From the NCBI GenBank assembly GCA_013336275.1, contig JAAXUA010000003.1, positions 66,698 through 130,697 of the forward strand: DNA of 64,000 nt, in the 5' to 3' direction. Under the pieces are notes generated by a model. That model saw only the letters and a program-made list of their open reading frames with translations, searched no databases and was not told the origin of the DNA. Shown here in pieces: positions 60,155 through 64,000 of the stretch. Each line of letters starts with the position of its first letter. Position 1 is the stretch's first letter. A program made the position numbers and the translations under genes. This DNA is from Candidatus Falkowbacteria bacterium (GTDB lineage: Bacteria; Patescibacteriota; Patescibacteriia; Patescibacteriales; GWE2-39-37).

Positions 60155-62386
60155 ATGCTGGAAAAAATCAACCTAACCAATAAATACCTGGCAGTCATCC
60201 AAATAGCGGTGGCGATGGCAGTGCTTTATCTCACAAGCTGGTATAGCTATGTTTTTTTTCATAGCTTGGTTGAGATATTCAGCATTGTGGTTGCAATAGG
60301 AATCTTTGTTGTCGGCTGGAATTCAAGGCGGTTCATTGATAATTATTATTTTCTCCTTATCGCCATTGCTTTTCTGTTCGTTGGGCTGTTTGATTTGCTG
60401 CACCTCTTCGCTTACGAAGGCGTCAGCGTACTAAAATTATCGTCGGTGAATTTATCCTCCCAGTTATGGCTAAGCGCTCGTTTTTTTGCCGGATTTTCTT
60501 TGCTTATAGCGCCGATATTTGTAAAAAGACCCTTTAATGGCAAGCTGGTATTTTTTTCCTACCTTCTTCTTTTTCTGGTGGTTTTATCTTCGATTATCCG
60601 TTGGCGTTTTTTTCCTGACGTATACATCGAAGGAGTCGGGGTTACGGCATTCTATGTATATATGGAATATTTGGTAGTCGCTTTTTATGCCGGAGCATTG
60701 ATTTTTTTGTCATTGAGAAGAAAATATTTCAATCAAGAAATATATCGTTGGCTTGCCCTTTCTCTTTGTTGCATGCTTATCATGGAGATGTTGCTCCTTA
60801 ATCGGCTAGCCCAGTCAGGCATAGCTAATTTATTGAGCCATTTATTCAAGACGGCCTCGTTCTATCTGCTATATCTCGGCGTCATCGAAATGGGGTTGAT
60901 GAAGCCGTACAGAGTGCTTTTTAAGAATTTGAAAGACAGTGAAAAGGCGCTTAAACAGAGCGAGGAGCGATACCGCTTGTTGGTTGAATTTTCTCCCGAC
61001 GCCATGATCGTCCACGACTTCGGCAAGATCCTTTTTGTAAATGCAGCCACCCTAGGATTGCTTGACGCCAAGTCGGAAAACGAACTGATCGGGAAGGATA
61101 TCATCCAATTTTTTCACCCGGATTTCAGTGAGACTATCGCCAGCCGGCTGGACCAGCTCCGTTTAGGCAAAAGCGTACTGCCCTCAAGGGAGGTGCAGAT
61201 GCTATCCTTGCGCGGTCGCGTGATCGACGTAGAAATCAAAGGCGTCGTTGTCACATACGAGGGCAAGCTTGCCGTACAGACTATGATCAGGGATATTACC
61301 ACCAGAAAGCTCGCTTTTGAAGATGCATCGGATCACGTCGTCATTACCGACCAAAAGGGCAGGATTATCTATGCCAACAAGGCCGCTGAGCGGATGACCG
61401 GTTTCGGGCGCTTGGAAATGATGGGCAAGGCCCCCAGTCTTTGGGGAAATTGTGCGGGCAAGAACCTTGATGCCGATATCGCCTCGTGTCAACGAGCTTG
61501 GGATCTTATTAAGCAAGGCAACGCCAGCTTCATCGGCGAGGTGGTCAACCAGCGGCGTAACGGAGAAAAATATGTGGCCGACCTTCACATCTCCCCGGTT
61601 TATGATGATGACAATGAGATCAGCGTTTATATTTGGATAGAAAGAGATGTCACTCGCTTGAAAGAAATCGATCGGGCCAAGACCGAGTTCGTTTCGTTGG
61701 CCTCCCATCAGCTTAGAACGCCGATTGCTAGCATCAGCCTCTCGGCCGAGTTGCTGCTTCGTGAGATCGGCGGCAAGCTAGAACCGAAGCAGCGCCAATA
61801 TATCGAAGAAATGTTCCAGCAAGCCAAACAGATGTCTGAACTCGTCGACACGCTTTTGAATGTCTCAAGGATAGAGCTAGGTACTTTTTTCGGAGAGAAG
61901 ACCGAATTCGACCTGATTGATCGGATCAAGAAGATCGCGTCGCCGCTCGTCAAACAGGCAAATAAAAAAAATATCAAACTCCAAGAGCGATATTTTGCAG
62001 AAAGGCTGGATGTCGATTTCGACAACAGCGCGCTTGCCATGATAGTGGAAAACTTATTGTCGAACGCCGTATATTATACTCCGGAAAAGGGGCTGATTAC
62101 TGTTGCTGTGAACATGAAAGATGATGAGCTGGTTATTTCGGTCAGTGACACCGGTCGAGGAATCGCCACTGCCGATCAGGCCAAGGTCTTCAGCAAATTT
62201 TTCCGCTCCGACAGCGCGCAGCAGAACAGGCGGAAGGGTACGGGCCTCGGGCTTTATATAGTCAAATCCTTGGTTGAAAAGACGAATGGCAGGATCTGGT
62301 TCGATTCGGTTGAGGGTCTCGGCTCGACCTTTTATGTGGCATTTCCAAAAAAAGAACTGGGACTTGGCAGTCCCAGTCGGAGTTAA
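60155..62386 (+). CDS. Sensor histidine kinase (MASE3-like 7-8 TM domain, two PAS domains, HisKA, HATPase_c)
   Basis: N-terminal FHSLVEIFSIVVAIGIF pattern, PAS blocks, H-box SHQLRTP, and N and G boxes (LLSNAVYYT, DTGRGI, GTGLGL). Confidence 0.88.
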   Translation: MLEKINLTNKYLAVIQIAVAMAVLYLTSWYSYVFFHSLVEIFSIVVAIGIFVVGWNSRRFIDNYYFLLIAIAFLFVGLFDLLHLFAYEGVSVLKLSSVNLSSQLWLSARFFAGFSLLIAPIFVKRPFNGKLVFFSYLLLFLVVLSSIIRWRFFPDVYIEGVGVTAFYVYMEYLVVAFYAGALIFLSLRRKYFNQEIYRWLALSLCCMLIMEMLLLNRLAQSGIANLLSHLFKTASFYLLYLGVIEMGLMKPYRVLFKNLKDSEKALKQSEERYRLLVEFSPDAMIVHDFGKILFVNAATLGLLDAKSENELIGKDIIQFFHPDFSETIASRLDQLRLGKSVLPSREVQMLSLRGRVIDVEIKGVVVTYEGKLAVQTMIRDITTRKLAFEDASDHVVITDQKGRIIYANKAAERMTGFGRLEMMGKAPSLWGNCAGKNLDADIASCQRAWDLIKQGNASFIGEVVNQRRNGEKYVADLHISPVYDDDNEISVYIWIERDVTRLKEIDRAKTEFVSLASHQLRTPIASISLSAELLLREIGGKLEPKQRQYIEEMFQQAKQMSELVDTLLNVSRIELGTFFGEKTEFDLIDRIKKIASPLVKQANKKNIKLQERYFAERLDVDFDNSALAMIVENLLSNAVYYTPEKGLITVAVNMKDDELVISVSDTGRGIATADQAKVFSKFFRSDSAQQNRRKGTGLGLYIVKSLVEKTNGRIWFDSVEGLGSTFYVAFPKKELGLGSPSRS

Positions 62387-62389
62387 CTT

Positions 62390-63058
62390 TCAGGCGTTCA
62401 GGCGATAACCTACTCCATGTACCGTTTCGACCAGCTGGCCATGGTCGTTTATTTTTTTACGGAGGTTGGTGATATGGACGTCCACGACGTTGCTGAAAGA
62501 GTCGAAAGCGAAATCCCATACGTTACTGAGTATCTGGTCGCGGGTCAGTACTTGGTTCGGATGACGCATCATATATTCCAGCAGGCTGAATTCTTTCAGG
62601 GTCAGCTTCACTTCTTGGCCGTTACGGAAAGCTTTTTTTGCCCCGGCATCAAGCTTGACGTCCTTGGCACGCATTTCGGTCGGCAAGACGGCGGTCGGCC
62701 GTCTCAGTATGGCTCGGATTCGAGCAAGCAGAACCTCGAAGGAAAAAGGCTTCACCAAGTAGTCGTCAGCCCCATAATTCAATCCGGTGATAATATCTTC
62801 CTGGCTGTCTTTGGCTGTCAGCATCAGTATTGGGGTGTGGATGTTCTGCTCCCTGATGTTTTTGCAAACAGTAAGCCCATCGCGCTTCGGAAGCATCAAG
62901 TCAAGCAGAACAAGGTCATAGTCTTCGTGATTCAGCTCAATCCTCAGCTGGGCCGATTCACCATCCTCTAGCCAGTCCACGGCGAATCCTTCGTTTTCAA
63001 GGCCGTCTTTTACCAGCTTGCCGATACTCGCCTGGTCTTCAATCAATAATATGCGCAT
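62390..63058 (-). CDS. OmpR/PhoB family response regulator
   Basis: Receiver domain (DLVLLDLMLP, phospho-acceptor Asp) and a winged-helix output domain (LTLKEFSLLEYMM...VDVHITNLRKK). Confidence 0.92.
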   Translation of the reverse strand: MRILLIEDQASIGKLVKDGLENEGFAVDWLEDGESAQLRIELNHEDYDLVLLDLMLPKRDGLTVCKNIREQNIHTPILMLTAKDSQEDIITGLNYGADDYLVKPFSFEVLLARIRAILRRPTAVLPTEMRAKDVKLDAGAKKAFRNGQEVKLTLKEFSLLEYMMRHPNQVLTRDQILSNVWDFAFDSFSNVVDVHITNLRKKINDHGQLVETVHGVGYRLNA

Positions 63059-63115
63059 AATTTTTGCTCTATGCTTTAAAGGTAGAATATCAGCTGCAAG
63101 ACGTCAATAGAAAGC

Positions 63116-63322
63116 TTACTTTCTGGCCAGATTCATGGCGATGGCTATAGTGTAGACAGACGAGACGCCGACAACCGTATAAATTATCCGGGACAGCATG
63201 GTCATGTCACCGAAAAGTGTTGCCACGAGATCGAATTTAAACAGTCCAATCAGTCCCCAGTTCAAGCCACCGACGATGATGAGTATAAGGGCTGTCCAAT
63301 CTAATGATGTTAGGCTTTTCAT
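63116..63322 (-). CDS. DUF378 family small membrane protein
   Basis: ILIIVGGLNWGLIGLFKFDLV signature. Confidence 0.8.
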   Translation of the reverse strand: MKSLTSLDWTALILIIVGGLNWGLIGLFKFDLVATLFGDMTMLSRIIYTVVGVSSVYTIAIAMNLARK

Positions 63323-63391
63323 ATGATCACCTCCCCTCAGTTGCGGATAATATTCATACTGTCAGTATCGTCGGGTAAGATGAAGCAAAAA

Positions 63392-64000
63392 TTAAGAGCC
63401 TTCCCGTTTATGGGCTGGCATGAATGCGGCGATTATGAGGACCACAAGCATTACTAGCCCTGAAAAAATCAGAGAATTTTTTGTTGCAGCCAGCGAAGCA
63501 TTGCTTTGGGCGCGCCTTATTGATATCTCTAAAGGTGAAAACTCTTGTGTTCCCGTTTCATTACCAGTAAGACTACGGATTTCGCCTTCGGAAACGCCTG
63601 AAGAAATGAAATATTTAGGAATCGGTGGAATCGTTGGGTCTTGTCTGATATTCTCAGCGAAGTTGAAAGTTAGGCTGGAGCTAAAAATCAGGCCGATTAA
63701 GGATATGCCGAAACTTGCGCCTAGCTGCCTGGCCGTAGCATTTATAGCTGAAGATTCTCCAGCCAAGGCCGCGGGAGCCGAAGATAAGATGAGGTTAGTC
63801 AGCTGTGCAGAGCTAGTGCCGATTCCGATTCCATAAATGATCAACGCCGGGGCTAGTGTCAGGCTAGTCATGTTCAACGATAAGGAGTCAATGAGAAGAA
63901 CTATGCCGCAAGTCAGAAACCCGATACCTAATAAGATCACTTTTTTGAGTGAGAGGCGGTTAGCAAGCAGCCCGGAAATCGAACCGGCTATGAACGAGCT
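63392..64000 (-). CDS. MFS transporter, C-terminal portion (5' end outside the window)
   Basis: The frame stays open to the window edge. TM helices are typical of 14-TM drug:H+ antiporter-type MFS proteins, with an unusually long hydrophilic loop. Confidence 0.6.
   Translation of the reverse strand, partial: SSFIAGSISGLLANRLSLKKVILLGIGFLTCGIVLLIDSLSLNMTSLTLAPALIIYGIGIGTSSAQLTNLILSSAPAALAGESSAINATARQLGASFGISLIGLIFSSSLTFNFAENIRQDPTIPPIPKYFISSGVSEGEIRSLTGNETGTQEFSPLEISIRRAQSNASLAATKNSLIFSGLVMLVVLIIAAFMPAHKREGS

Noticed and set aside
62417-62971. 184-aa plus-strand ORF
   Set aside because: It is antisense to the OmpR-family response regulator, which has clear receiver and winged-helix motifs.

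Overview
All calls below come from reading the translated ORFs and the DNA by eye. No database search was run. The window looks like one contiguous chromosomal segment of a small-genome bacterium. Its gene content suggests Candidate Phyla Radiation / Patescibacteria (inference): a T4SS-pilin-like small protein, a cohesin-like secreted protein, GH57, an archaeal-type PGI/PMI, and short YidC and SMC. The standard code applies, because TGA terminates ORFs (for example at 872-874). I support about 70 protein genes, 3 tRNAs and many hairpin terminators. I found no rRNA, no CRISPR array, and no transposase, integrase or phage genes. The housekeeping backbone includes ychF, rpsF-ssb-rpsR-efp, recA, comM, smc, ruvC, yebC, tsaD, rnhB and trxB. 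The origin neighbourhood is rpmH-rnpA-yidD-yidC (minus strand) facing dnaA-dnaN (plus strand), followed by a PBP1A. The most interesting items are these. (1) A csoR-led copper-type operon at 46.4-52.7 kb carries unusual fusions. It also holds an HMA/CopZ-like domain absent from the ORF track, which has no canonical start and lies in frame directly behind the TAA of the upstream gene. (2) CopA has a 256-aa C-terminal extension that is internally duplicated and probably extracytoplasmic. (3) A tightly packed alpha-glucan cluster has two glgA paralogs bracketing GH57, an APH-like kinase, a PHP phosphoesterase and a SAM methyltransferase. (4) A perfect 26-bp palindrome and a second 14-bp core copy sit upstream of trxB. 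(5) The SMC has no recognisable hinge domain. (6) A ~43-aa GRPADAF repeat module is shared by two unrelated secreted proteins 54 kb apart.
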